Source: Phoronis australis
Taxonomy: Eukaryota; Animalia; Phoronida
DNA: 64,000 nucleotides
Assembly: GCA_002633005.1 (NCBI GenBank)
Contig: NMRA01000028.1
Location: 542,183 to 606,182, forward strand
Direction of reading: 5' to 3'
Part shown: positions 13,201 through 24,340 of the stretch, piece after piece
Layout of the letters: each line of letters begins with the position of its first letter
Position numbering within the stretch: position 1 is the stretch's first letter
Position numbers and translations under genes: made by a program
Notes under the pieces: generated by a model
What the model saw: only the letters and a program-made list of their open reading frames with translations
Databases searched by the model: none
What the model was told of the DNA's origin: nothing

Positions 13201-16200
13201 TGTAAAACCATCCCAAGAGAGAATTCAGGCTATTGTTAATATGCCAGAACCAATCAATGAACAAGAACTGCAGTCAGCGTTGGGAATGATCGCATATGTG
13301 TCCAAATTTATCCCAAACTTTAGTCAGTTGAGTGCTCCATTACGACAAATGAAAAATTCAGGCTCTTGGAAGTCAGGCGAGGTAGAATCGAAAGCTTTTT
13401 CAAGTATCAAGAAAGCTTTGTGTAACTCCCCTGTATTAATATACTTAGATATCAACAAACCAATTATACACTAAGTGTTGATGCTACCACCAAGGTTTGT
13501 AAGGTTGATATTCTAGCAAATTGTATGCATGATGAAATTGCTATGGAAACATGCGATGATGTGGTGTATTGCAAAAACATGTTGTTGTACAGTAGTTAGT
13601 CAGTCCGCAATAAAGTAGTGTTCAAGTAAAGACGTCTTCTTCTCTCCTCTCTCCACAAGACATTACGAACGCATTCAGATACTTTTCTTGGTCCTGTCGG
13701 GAATCAAACCACTTACTTCCTACAACAAATTCTAGCATCCAGATTGATTGGCTAAAGAGCAATTACCTAATGTACTGGAAGATTTAGAGTTTTCTCTTAA
13801 TATTGAGGGTATGGCACAACTGGAAGTCATGTTATAATAAACCACTCTTGGTCTGTATTTCATACTTTTACATTACTGTGAAGTGAGTTAAGAAGTAATT
13901 GGGACCTAGATTATTGCTCAAGGGAAAGTATTCAAGTACATGCACTGATATAGTCAGAGAAGTTAACATTTTTTGGTTTTGTGACATATTTCCGGTGTCG
14001 GTGCCAATCAAAATAGTCTGCCTTGGATGTCGCTCAATCAGTAAAGCCAAAAGCATTAGCTTACATGGCAGATAAATCTAATATACCACAGCAGGTAAAG
14101 CGCACAATGACATTGTCGGATATCCCATATTTTGCATGCTGTTGAGAAATTTGAAGAAATGCATTTCAACAGGGGAACAAGTCCTGCGTTAATATTACAT
14201 TTTAGAGTGACTCTCCGTAGGGGAATAAATGGGTTCTGCTGTGAGTTGATTACTGTTTGTATTTATGAAAAGGGCTTGAACTTCACTGGTCGTACTTTCT
14301 AGATAAGAAAGAAATTGAAAATTGTGAACAATTTTTGGTGGTCGTAAATATAGGGTGGTCACTATCTGAAGTGATTACTATTCAAGTAACTGAATTTGTT
14401 TAGCCTACTCGAAATGAACAACAAAAAACAGAGGGTTTCAGTTACTTCTAAGGCACTCGTCCTTGTACACTATTGGCAAATTGGTCATGCCCACTTGCAA
14501 ATGATGTCATGATGTATGATGAATCTGTATACTGCACAGATTGTGTAGCGTGCAGAACAGTGAGCCAAACTCTCAGTCCACAGGAGGTGCTGATGTACAC
14601 ATAGTGCATTGGGTATGGTTTTCACTTCAGTCCTGACTAATAAACCAGTCCACTAGATTTCAGATTGGTAAGCTCATTTGTAAACTGAAGCCAAAAATGA
14701 ATGATTCGAATGAAACAACTCGTGAAAGTTGAGAGTGGGTTGAAGTTTTAGTTTTATATTGTGTAACAGAAGTGCTGTACTGACAATAAGAGCCTGTATT
14801 AGATTGCAACCAAAGTAATTGGACTAATTAACAATGAGTTAATCGACTTCACTCTGAGCATCTGGCTCCTGTTAGTTTCCTGGAATTCGGCTATTCAAAA
14901 TTTGTTCAAACTTTTTTTTCATGCTGTGTATTGAGTGCTTGGGTAAAATTTATTACTCTACCGTTATGATACTGAATTGTTAAAAGAGTTACAGTTTTCT
15001 AAATTATCACTTCATTTGTTTTAAATGCCTTCTGAGTTTTTTGTAAAAATCTTAAAAGTCCTTATTTTTTGTTACTCCTCTTGCTATAGTTGAACCTCCT
15101 AGTAACAATTCCTAACCCCGATTTAGGGAACATTACATAAAGCGTGCCATAATATCTGAAGGTATTCATATAACTCTAATCAATAGGTTTTTTACTGAGA
15201 TAGTCAGCCAAATTTAGACATTTTTCTAGGTTGCTATGCAAGATTAGTAATATCAGGAAGGTATATCTCTTCCTGGTAATAAATATTCAAGATGAAGGTA
15301 AGCCATTGTGCAGTTGTTGAATTAAGTGTACTTCAAGTAATGAACATGGATATGACTGTTTGGCTTGCATATTTCAGATGCTGATAACTTGTTGAAATGG
15401 TCTCAGAATGATGATAACATAGAATTGCGCTCATTATTTTTTAAATTTGCTGAACTGGAACAGTTGTCAGCTCAGGTACATCAACAATACACTGTGCAGG
15501 TGAGTCAATACCCTCACTGTAACCATATGTTCATATTTGTACTTATGATAATAGCAATAACATTAAAACAACAGTTCATTTCAACAAACATCGCAAGCAT
15601 GATGCCCAATAACTAGGATATAGCATTCTTCTTCAAGCAAGGAATTCCTTCAGTTTTGCTTTGTATAAAAAGTTATCAGCATGGCACTAATATTGTGATT
15701 GCCGATACCAACAGAAAATAAATAATAAATCAATTAGTTATTTTCTGTTAGTTGCGTTTCAATAATTCTCCATATTTACCTCTCATACCTTCATTTTGAC
15801 CGCTGCTATGATAATGCAATTTAAATTCTTTTTAAATCTTTTCATGAAGCAGGTTACCTTAATGCCAAGTTGCATTTGGCGACCTGCCAAAAATCTGGGT
15901 TCGCTAAATCTGAAAAACCCAGGTCATCCAGTATGGCAGTAGTTTATTATCTCCAAATCCTATATTCCTCTAATCAATATCTCAGTCAGAAACATCAGAT
16001 CAAGTTAGTCAGATCCATACCTAACCTTAATCTGAGTCATCAAGCTGTGGCATGCTGGTTGATGAACTCCAGATCTTCGACTTCACCGTGGGGTGCTTCT
16101 CTGTGTTTTGACTTGGACAAGTGTAATGTTTTCCCAAATCAACAGTTTTCAGTGTTGCCACATTAGATTCTCAATTCAGTGTCACTGCATTTGTGGTGAT

Positions 16201-19200
16201 ACGTTATTGAAGTTTCAAAGGTTCTTACTACTAACTAAGGAACATGATGAAACATTTGTAACAGTTTCTTTTCCAAAATTTCTAAATAATAGGACTTGTG
16301 TCAAGGGGGAGTATCATAGGCAGTTGACAAACCTTTAGTGTCATAAAATTGCTAAATAATAGGGCTTGTGTCATGGGGGAATATCGTAGGCACTTGACAA
16401 ACCTTTAGTGTCATTTTTAAAAGTTTAGCTGTATAATATGTGATGTTTTTGTTTTAGCTCGATTCATATCGCAAGACATACAAACAGGTTCTTAAGGTCG
16501 AACGTACTTTAGATGAACTCAGCAAGGTGTGTGAGTCGAACAGAGTTAAGGTTGACAAACTGTCCAAGGTTCACAGCCAGACAAAGAAACCATCTGAACA
16601 TCAGTTGCAAGAGATAGACAAGGTATTGTCTTGTTCACTAGTTGCAGCGTTCTCTCAAAACCTCTTTTTCAATTTCCAAAGGCTTCCAACACTGTTGAAA
16701 ATGCCCACAATTTTTCAAAACGTTGACTGGTGGTAGCTATGGTACAGAGTTTGAACATGGAACAGTGTTGATTTGGTGTTACATGTACCTTTTATGAAAA
16801 AATGTGAAAATGAAAATCTCAATTATCTGACATATTGTGTCCTAAATTGGTGATATTTACCATATTAGGTAAGCAGCATGATAACTTTATATGGAAACCA
16901 TTTTCATTTCTTAGCATCCATAATTTTTCGCAAACCTCGCATGCAGTTTTTCTCAAACCATGCATACAGTTTGTGAATTTCAAATCTCTTGTTTTTTGCA
17001 GTGAATTATGTAGTATGCAATCAGCTTAATTCACAAAAGTGAGTCAGTGAAATATTCAGTCATTGTTTGGGGGACCCCATATGCATACTAGTATCATCCT
17101 GAGTGATCAGAAAATTGAGCCTTTGGGCACTAATTCACTAAGTACTCGCTGAAACTCGTATTATCTGACCTTTCACTCGCTTTTAGCACCAAAGAACATG
17201 GTTCTTTGAGCATTGGCTTAATTTTCTAGATAAAGTCATCCATTCATTAATGGCTGGTCATGTATACACATTCACAACTAGTTTTTGAATTAAGATAATG
17301 AATTAAAAGATATTGTTGTAATCCTGGTTTATACTAAATGAAGTGCAGTGCAAGGAATGCTATTCCAAGCAACATTGGTAGAGCACAACATTTTTATAGC
17401 TGTTCAAACGGAGCCTTTTTTACTTGATCAACATTGCTTGGAATACCACTTTTTGAAGTGATATTCCTTTAGACATGATTGTGTTTTTGTTTACAGTCAT
17501 ATCTACACTTGTTGTGTGTTACGGTCAATAGGTTACGAAATGATAAGTAAAACAGTAAAACTGATGTAACATGGATCCAATCTGATTGAGAGCTTTCATC
17601 TCCGTAAGGTTAAATTGGGTTTATCTGAAGGGCTGTGGGCACGAATTAGAAGAATTATATATGAATGTAAAACTTATGCGGCAAGGAAATTGCAAACATT
17701 TTTAAGTTTGGTGAGCATGCCATCTATTGGCCATATAGGTCACGTGATGTGGCTAACAGATGGCGTGCCAACCAGACTTAAAAATCTTTTGGAATATTTA
17801 GTCTGTGTTTAGGAAGAGTCAGGCTTGTGGGAGTTACACTGCAGTTATTTGAAGTTTTGATTTATTACTTAAGAAATGATTGAAATTCATGGTTCAAATA
17901 AGATGTTTTAATTCCATGTATATTAATAAAAGTCTTGTTGTTTGGTAGGCCCTCTCAACATCTGAAGATTCAGTGGCTGCCTTGGCTGTGAAAACAGAAC
18001 AGGTGTCTATATTCAAGGTATTACCTACCATTGGTGTGACGTTCTTCCACAAATTAGAACAAAAATTATTTACAAAATTACCCTTTTTCATTTTTCAAAA
18101 GCTCACTACATGTGTTAAAAATGCTCAGAATTTCACCAGCTTTAAATTGGAATATACCACTCAGGTTGGATATATTAGACATTTGTGTACTATATGAGAA
18201 TAACCTTCATCACATGAACAAGATAGAGCTATGATAACTGAATGAGTGAGTACCCTTCACCATGTAACTTGTGGATATATCTGTACATGTAAATTTATAT
18301 GCATGTGTTTGTGCGTACAATGTATCCCTATATGTATTTTATGTACATCTACGCTATGAAGTTATCAGACATTGTTTTTCTTCAAAAGGTAAAGTGCTCT
18401 AACTAGGCTGATATTGCTTATATTGTTAGCATGCTAAAGTGCGCTGCGCTGTCCTAAACTTACTGGAGGCTGAACAAGCGCTGCACGAGAAAAGTCTGGA
18501 TATTATCAGCGCCAAGAAGCGACTACTCAGTACTCTTCTACCCAAAGATATTCCCAGGAAGGCAAACATCGACGCAAAAGGTGATGGTGACATTGCTGGT
18601 CATATGTATGCAGCATAAATCTTGTAGCTTCTGAAGCTTTGTTCTGTATTATTTGATGATGCAAACAAAATATGCAATTTGCTTGATGCATCTCCTATGT
18701 TCACCTTGTATGTATTCTGTGGACTGTGTTTCTCGACAGTCGACAATCTCAAGTTTTTCTCTGCTACGCAGTGACGCATCACTTGTGTCCCTTCTTGTTA
18801 ATGTCTAAAAATTCAGTGGGTTGGTGTTAATCCAACTACAACTGAACGCACACATTTAGAGGAGAATTGGTTGAAAATGCAGATGCTGGCGTTTAGCCAA
18901 ACGTGACTATTAAGCCAATGGATGTAGTATCTGGGGGTTCTAGTGAAATGTGAGCCAAGTCTTTCCTCTTTCATTCCACATAAATATTATGTGAAAATTA
19001 TTTAATTAGACTTCAGCAAAGTACAAAAGTCTCTGTCATATAACTGCAGGGATCGGATATTTTTGTAGAAATTATTTCTGAACTGTGTTGTGCTTACAAT
19101 TTCATGAAAAAAATTATGTTAAAATCTCACCAATTGCGAGTAAAAACTTTTGCCAGAATTATGTTTTTTTTTTTTAAGGGCTTCTAACATTGTTGTGAGT

Positions 19201-22200
19201 TCCCAGTTTTTCGAAATATTTCCTCGTGGTACAAAACCTTGACATGGTTAGGTATCTTAAAAGTTGCTGCTACGTATGTTTCATGAAAAAAATATGATTT
19301 CACGTGTCTGTCATATTTTGTCCTAAATTTGTGAGATTTTATCGTATTTAGTATGAGCACAAGACAAAATTTGTGACATTTTAGTCACACCCAAGTACTG
19401 AGTTGAGCCAAAACTGAAATTTCTAAGAAAGACTGCACCTAAAACAAATATATGGTAAAAATTCTCCAGTTAGGGCATGGAAAATTTACTGATTTTGCTC
19501 AAAGTTTGTATCATGAGAAATACGTAGGCAATATTATCCGTCCCGTAAATTCAAGAACTGTGATAAGAAAAGTTTAGTGTTGGCAGCTATTTTTTGACAA
19601 TTTTATTTCAGACTTTGCTGATACAGAATACAGTGTCTAATATTTGAGAAATATGATGAATACCATAATTGACACTGTCCCAATCCTCAGAATCAAGAAA
19701 ACAAGTTCAAATTTGGCTTGAATTTCAGTGTCCCAAATTTTAGAGACTGTCCCAAATTGGAGAATTTTTACCTTAAGTAACGGTTTCTGTGCGTAGTACA
19801 TTGGTCAATATCCACACCACTGACTCACTGTGGTTATAGAATGTATGTCAGACTAGCTTTTTTATGGTGCAATGCTTGTCATTTGCTTATCAAGTATTTG
19901 TGTGAAAATTTTCTTATCTGCAAAGCCCGGCTTTACCTCTTCTGTAACTTATGTGCAAGATGTTGAATCTCATAACTAGCATATTCTGAACTCTCAGCAA
20001 ATGGCTTACTAACAGAATGATTGCGCTATTTGAATTCATTTAAATTATTTGTTGTTGCTCTGTGTTTCACCTCACACGTGCACGTTTGCCGTTGATAGCA
20101 TGTTGTGTTGTTTGTTGTCTGCAGAGCTAGTTGAGTGCGGTAAGCTAGTATCCGATGTGGCTGCATCGTTGAACCTGTCTAGACCGATCATAACTGACCC
20201 TGCCACGCCCTCACCCACACATGAGGTTAGTAAAACCACTTCCTTGTATATCTAGTGTGCAGTTTACAAATATTCATAACACCAGTAGTTCCCCTGTTGC
20301 TGCATTAAAACAGTACCTTAGCGAGCCGATTTCTTTTTATTTAATACACCATGTTTCAATTTTTGCAGTATGATGTCTGTTTAACTGTGACATTCATAGT
20401 AACATTCAAAGTTACAATTAGAGTGTCCATATATGTAATATTAAGTCTCTCATGTGATGTTTCACATTTTCACATTCCAGGCTCAGCTATTCAGCTATCC
20501 ATTGGGGGTAACCGAACAATTATCTTCTCAGACAGGACCATAAACCTTTTGCTAAGGTGTCCAACTGGGACAGTTGTATGACTAAGAGCAGGGTTTACAA
20601 AAAGCTGCTTTTACTTTCCTTGCGTATGAAGGACACCCTCAACATTCAAAGCCTCTATGCGGATTGATTACCCCTCCAAGCCCAAAATGAGATTGTGAAA
20701 TGTAACTTCTCTGTTGAGTATTTTATGCCTTTTATTTCATTTCAGAACTCAGGATTCTTGAAAGGCTTCCTTCGAAACAATTGGAAAAATCAAAACAAGA
20801 AAAAAGTTAAGAAGCATGATGAGGTGTTTAATAAGCAGGCTGCCCTCAAAATCTTGTCAGACTGGCCCCCTGTGAAGACTACAGGTAAGGCATTGTTTTC
20901 TGTTGAAAATGATGACTACTTTTCCACTGCCCTCTGTTGGTGATTAGTAACTACACCATTCGTCTCAGTGATTGCCAATTGTGTCAGCAGGTGGTCCAAA
21001 GCTTTTAACTGACAATTGCACTCCAGTCTACTTTGTATGTAGCTAAGTGACAATTAAAGTTCTGAGTTTTATCATTACTTTGAGATGGTAATTGAAATTA
21101 TTTTATTTGGACAAATTCTGAAGTTACATTTTATACTCAACAGTTTTCCATATTGTCTGCATACCTTCATATTGACAGTTGCTTTGGCGACACGGTTTCA
21201 ATTCCTTTTAAAAGTAACGCAGATATCATTGTGATTTCCATGACGGGGATCTTCTTGTTAGCAAGCCATCAGCATGTAATCGAACTCAAAAATCTTTAAT
21301 GCCTTCTTATGTCATCCAGATTTTGATGTTACATTTGCTTTTAAGTTACTGTAAAATATAAATCCCTGCATGAATGCAAACCTGAATCAAAGCATTGCAG
21401 TTCCCACCAGCATGCTATTCTAAAAAAGGTGGATTTTCAAATGCTAAAATGTTCACAAGTTGTTTATGAAAACTTTGAACAGCATGTTCACACTGAGCAT
21501 ACGGACATACAGTTTACAGTTGCATCGATGTTATTAAATCACATTTATTAATTGTTTTGCATTAACGACTTTTGTATGACCCCAAAATATGACATGTTTC
21601 CTAAAATATAATTGATAACTCTTTAGTCGCTTCTGAGCATCTGGAATTTTTTCAAAATCTCTCCACAGTGATATGGGTAAAAAACTGTTAGCTGAGTGAC
21701 CAAGTGAGTGATCAACATACGATTGAAAGCCCTAGCATTGTCTCCTTTGGCTTCACCTCGGTCATTGTCACATTTTTGGGGTCTGACAACCAACATATTG
21801 ACCTTGGTGAAAGTCAGGAGATGTATATAGTCATGAAATTGTTCAAGTAAATGCCTCTATTGATTGAACACATCGTTAAGAAAATGCTGATTTATCTAGT
21901 GTGCTTGTAGTGTGTCTGTAATACCATGTTTCTTGCTTTTGTTCCTTGGATAAGTTTACTGAGCGTTGAGACAAAATCCCAGTAAAGACTGGTCTTCAGA
22001 TGAGTTTTTATGTAGTGCCCATTGTTTGTCATAAATGTTTGTCTGTATGACCATCAGAGAGGCTTATATATCAGAATGGTGTATTGAAAAATACAAGTAA
22101 TTTATATTCTTTGATGTTTTCCGTTTTCTTTTGCTGTGTAGTTGAATGTCATATCGCAGTTATAGTGATATTGTGTGATATCATACCTCAGGTGCTGAGA

Positions 22201-22986
22201 GTGATGATAATGACGAACATGATTATACCGAGCCCTTCAGCCACCTCAAGCCTACACCCCTACCTCGGTCAGCTGTGTGTAAGTCTGTGAGTGCAGTGGC
22301 TGGTCGTTCAGCCCCCAAGCCACTTCCAAGACCTGCCAGGTCACTGGGTGACCTCACTGAGACTAAGCATTATGATGATGCCAGAGTTAAGAGATCAACA
22401 CAGTCAGTGTGTATCAGTGAAGAGGTTTATCAAGCTAATGACTACTTGGATGTCTTGCCTCAAGAGGTCAACGATGATGAAGGTAAGGACATACTTGTGT
22501 GGATTCAATGATTTGTGAATTAATGTTCACTGATATTTAACAAGTCTCAACATATGCATTCCGTAACTTTTGAGATTTTTTGAAAATTTCTGAATAACAG
22601 TCAGAATGGTGTATCCACAGAAGCCAGGTCATCCGTTCTGGAGTAAGCTAGTTTTAATTCATGCCCATCGGAATTTTCCCCGGACTTTATCCAGTTGAAT
22701 CCAATTTTTGGAAATTTTACTGTATTTGGCCAAAATGCACAGAAATAGTAACTGTGAGATCAGCTCAACATTTAGTTTGTTAAAGATGTGCTTCCATGAC
22801 ATGTTGTTCAACAAAACAGATTCAACAAGGTAATGATGTATGTGTGGAGTAGCTGCATGACTAATGGTTGTTTCAGACTCCAGCAGCGAAGATGATGAAG
22901 AGTACATGCATCTCTTTGACATTATTCCACCCAAGAATCACAACGACACGTATGCAACACCTACAGGAGTTACAAATAATGTTTAA
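10060..22986 (+). CDS. Pil1/Lsp1-like (eisosome-type) BAR-domain protein with a Tyr/Pro-motif tail, 442 aa, 9 exons
   Basis: Exons 10060-10240, 15378-15499, 16458-16622, 17949-18017, 18430-18580, 20125-20225, 20746-20884, 22192-22482, 22877-22986. All introns are GT-AG, phases 1,0,0,0,1,0,1,1 join into 1329 nt with a single stop. Motifs QKVVI...DADNLLKW, LDSYRKTYKQVLKVERTL, KVRCAV...HEKSLDI...KRLLSTL and KLVSDVAASLN parallel recalled Pil1 EKNVL...DAAKQLSIW, YDQYRLTLKSIRDIEGSV, KLRAAF...HSEKIALI...KALLELL and KQIIIDAESALN. Confidence 0.85.
10401..10480. mobile_element. Truncated copy of the palindromic MITE at 30362-30477, opposite orientation
   Basis: atggaccctgatttagagaa...ctggttctctaagtcagg. 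Confidence 0.65.
11113..13490 (+). pseudogene. Disrupted gag-pol (Gag, Zn knuckle, protease, RT, start of RNase H)
   Basis: Fragments in ORFs 11132, 11434, 12359, 12713 and 13079 with many stops and frameshifts; catalytic xxDD decayed to MEDI. Confidence 0.88.
13024..13172. mobile_element. GC-rich MITE (CATGGGCG...CGCCCATG family) inserted into the Gypsy RT
   Basis: Interrupts RT between PKFV and GHVLT; homologous to 33548-33696 and 29022-29445. Confidence 0.75.
15378..15499 (+). CDS. BAR gene exon 2 (DADNLLKWSQ...QQYTVQ)
   Basis: Acceptor atttcag, donor GTGAGT. Confidence 0.85.
16292..16414. repeat. ~70-bp direct tandem duplication
   Basis: ctaaataatagg..ttgtgtca.gggga.tatc.taggca.ttgacaaacctttagtgtcat present twice. 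Confidence 0.7.
16458..16622 (+). CDS. BAR gene exon 3 (LDSYRKTYK...QEIDK)
   Basis: Acceptor tttttgttttag, donor GTATTG. Confidence 0.85.
17949..18017 (+). CDS. BAR gene exon 4 (ALSTSEDSVAALAVKTEQVSIFK)
   Basis: Acceptor ttgtttggtag, donor GTATTA, phase 0/0; restores the BAR helix register. Confidence 0.75.
18430..18580 (+). CDS. BAR gene exon 5 (HAKVRCAVL...NIDAK)
   Basis: Acceptor tattgttag, donor GTGATG. Confidence 0.8.
19453..19773. mobile_element. ~320-bp MITE
   Basis: TIR GGTAAAAATTCTCCA / TGGAGAATTTTTACC, flanked by TA. Confidence 0.55.
20125..20225 (+). CDS. BAR gene exon 6 (ELVECGKLVSDVAASLN...PTHE)
   Basis: Acceptor tgtctgcag, donor GTTAGT. Confidence 0.8.
20746..20884 (+). CDS. 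BAR gene exon 7 (NSGFLKGFLRNNWK...PPVKTT)
   Basis: Acceptor tttcatttcag, donor GTAAGG. Confidence 0.8.
22192..22482 (+). CDS. BAR gene exon 8 (Tyr/PxPxPR motif tail)
   Basis: Acceptor acctcag, donor GTAAGG, 291 nt open. Confidence 0.8.
22877..22986 (+). CDS. BAR gene terminal exon (DSSSEDDEEYMHLF...TYATPTGVTNNV*)
   Basis: Acceptor tgtttcag, TAA at 22984-22986. Confidence 0.8.
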
Positions 22987-23607
22987 CAAAGCCTTGGTCA
23001 CAAATGGTGTTTCATATAAAATGGGAATTACTTGTTACTTGTTTCTGTTCTTTCTGAGCTTTGATTCAAACAGTATTGTCAGAAACATGTTGTTATTTTT
23101 GTGTTTTTTTTTATTTGTTTGACTATTTATTTATTGTTGACACTGTAATCTGATTAGGAGGAGGAAAGCAATTGTTTGAATTGAAAGTGGCATTTTCTTG
23201 CTTTAACAGGGTTAAATTGTGGTAAATTGTAAAGTAATATTGTCATGTAATGTGTACTTTTTGAGAAATTGCCATTTTTATTGTTAATTATTTTGTGTGG
23301 TGAGTGGAGTGTGAACTGTGGCTGTCCTTAATTTGCAAGATATTATGAACAGTTAGCAACTAATGTGCCACATGGTACCTGCAGCATGTATTTTTCTTTT
23401 GTATTTTGTCTGACCAGTAGTTTCCTATTTAAAGTCACTTCGATCATTTCATCCAGAATTTGTTTAGTATATAATATGCATGTATTTAAGCCCATGCACC
23501 TATATCCGAAATAATGCATTCTTTCAACAAATGCAACGTCTGTCATTTTGTTATGAGCCAGTCAACCTTCACCCATATATAATAATTATATTAAATTAAT
23601 TTTAAAA

Positions 23608-24340
23608 TTTTACCGAGTGATTTATAAGTGGTCCGTCAATTTTCTCTGAGCGTCCGGTGTCCGCAGCTGTATCTCCTAAATCCCTTACAGGATCTTGATG
23701 AGATTTGGCAGACGTGTTCCTATGAAGCTGATGACAACAAATTTCGAATCTCTCCGACTACAGATGTGCCCCCTAGTGGCAATTTTAGATTTTTACCCTT
23801 ACCTCTTTATCTTCGGAAGTCCTCAATGGATTTTCATAAAATTTGGCAGGTATGCATATATTAGTGAGATGACGCTATCCTCTCGTTTTTGGATGGATTC
23901 AATGTGTTTTGCACCTCTTAGTGGCCATTTTTACTGTTTTCGAGTCTGTTTTTTGGCGTCCGCCCTTCTATCAATCAAACTGTTCTGGAGTTGATTTTGA
24001 AAAATGGCATATATGTTCTTATTGTGAAGGGGGTGGCTGACAATGATTTTCCAATGACTTTGACTACTGTGGCGCATCCTAGTGGCAGTTTTTTTTTGCG
24101 CCCACAGCTGTATCTCCTAAACACTCTGCAGGATGTTTAATTAAATTTAGCAAATGTATTTATATGAAGATGACAACGGACGACGATGACTTTCAGACAT
24201 ATCTGACAAACGCTGTACCCCCTAGTGGCAATTTCATTTTTTTCCTTTTTCCTTAGTTTGTTTGAAGTTCCTTGGCAGATTTTTATGAAATTTAAAATAG
24301 CTTTCTATTAAAAAATGATGTCATGTTCCCGTTTTCACAA
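23608..24340 (+). mobile_element. Helentron/DINE-1-like non-autonomous element with ~150-bp internal tandem units
   Basis: T-rich start and gtccgtc-like motif; repeated units of gctgtatctcctaaa...gat.tt.atgaaatttggca and cc.ctagtggc; related fragment at ~40420-40690. Confidence 0.55.

Larger units (their letters stand above)
10866..13667 (+). mobile_element. Decayed Ty3/Gypsy (Mag-like) LTR retrotransposon, internally deleted, in intron 1 of the BAR gene
   Basis: 5' LTR 10866-11059 (TGTAAT...ATTACA); PBS TGGTGTCAGGAGT at 11060 (tRNA-Leu type); partial 3' LTR ~13565-13667; TSD AAGGC/AACGC. Frameshifted gag (WSQWRQRFD..LIASG...KVNILLHLLG), Zn knuckle CPARGKTCHVCG..GH, protease IDTFADCNVLP and RT motifs (VRLCIDP, TAFNTPFGRY..RLP.GL, GHVLTADGVKP). 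Most of RNase H and the integrase are missing. Confidence 0.92.

Noticed and set aside
18430-18580. Calling the BAR protein FAM92/CIBAR
   Set aside because: HEKSLDII resembles FAM92 HGKALEVY, but the LxxW, DxYRxTxK and distal D..xLN segments fit Pil1 better. No gene symbol assigned; an HMM test is still needed.
10060-22986. Fungal contamination as the source of the Pil1-like gene
   Set aside because: Introns up to ~5 kb contain repeat families also found elsewhere in the window, and the tail carries metazoan-type motifs; fungal introns are short.
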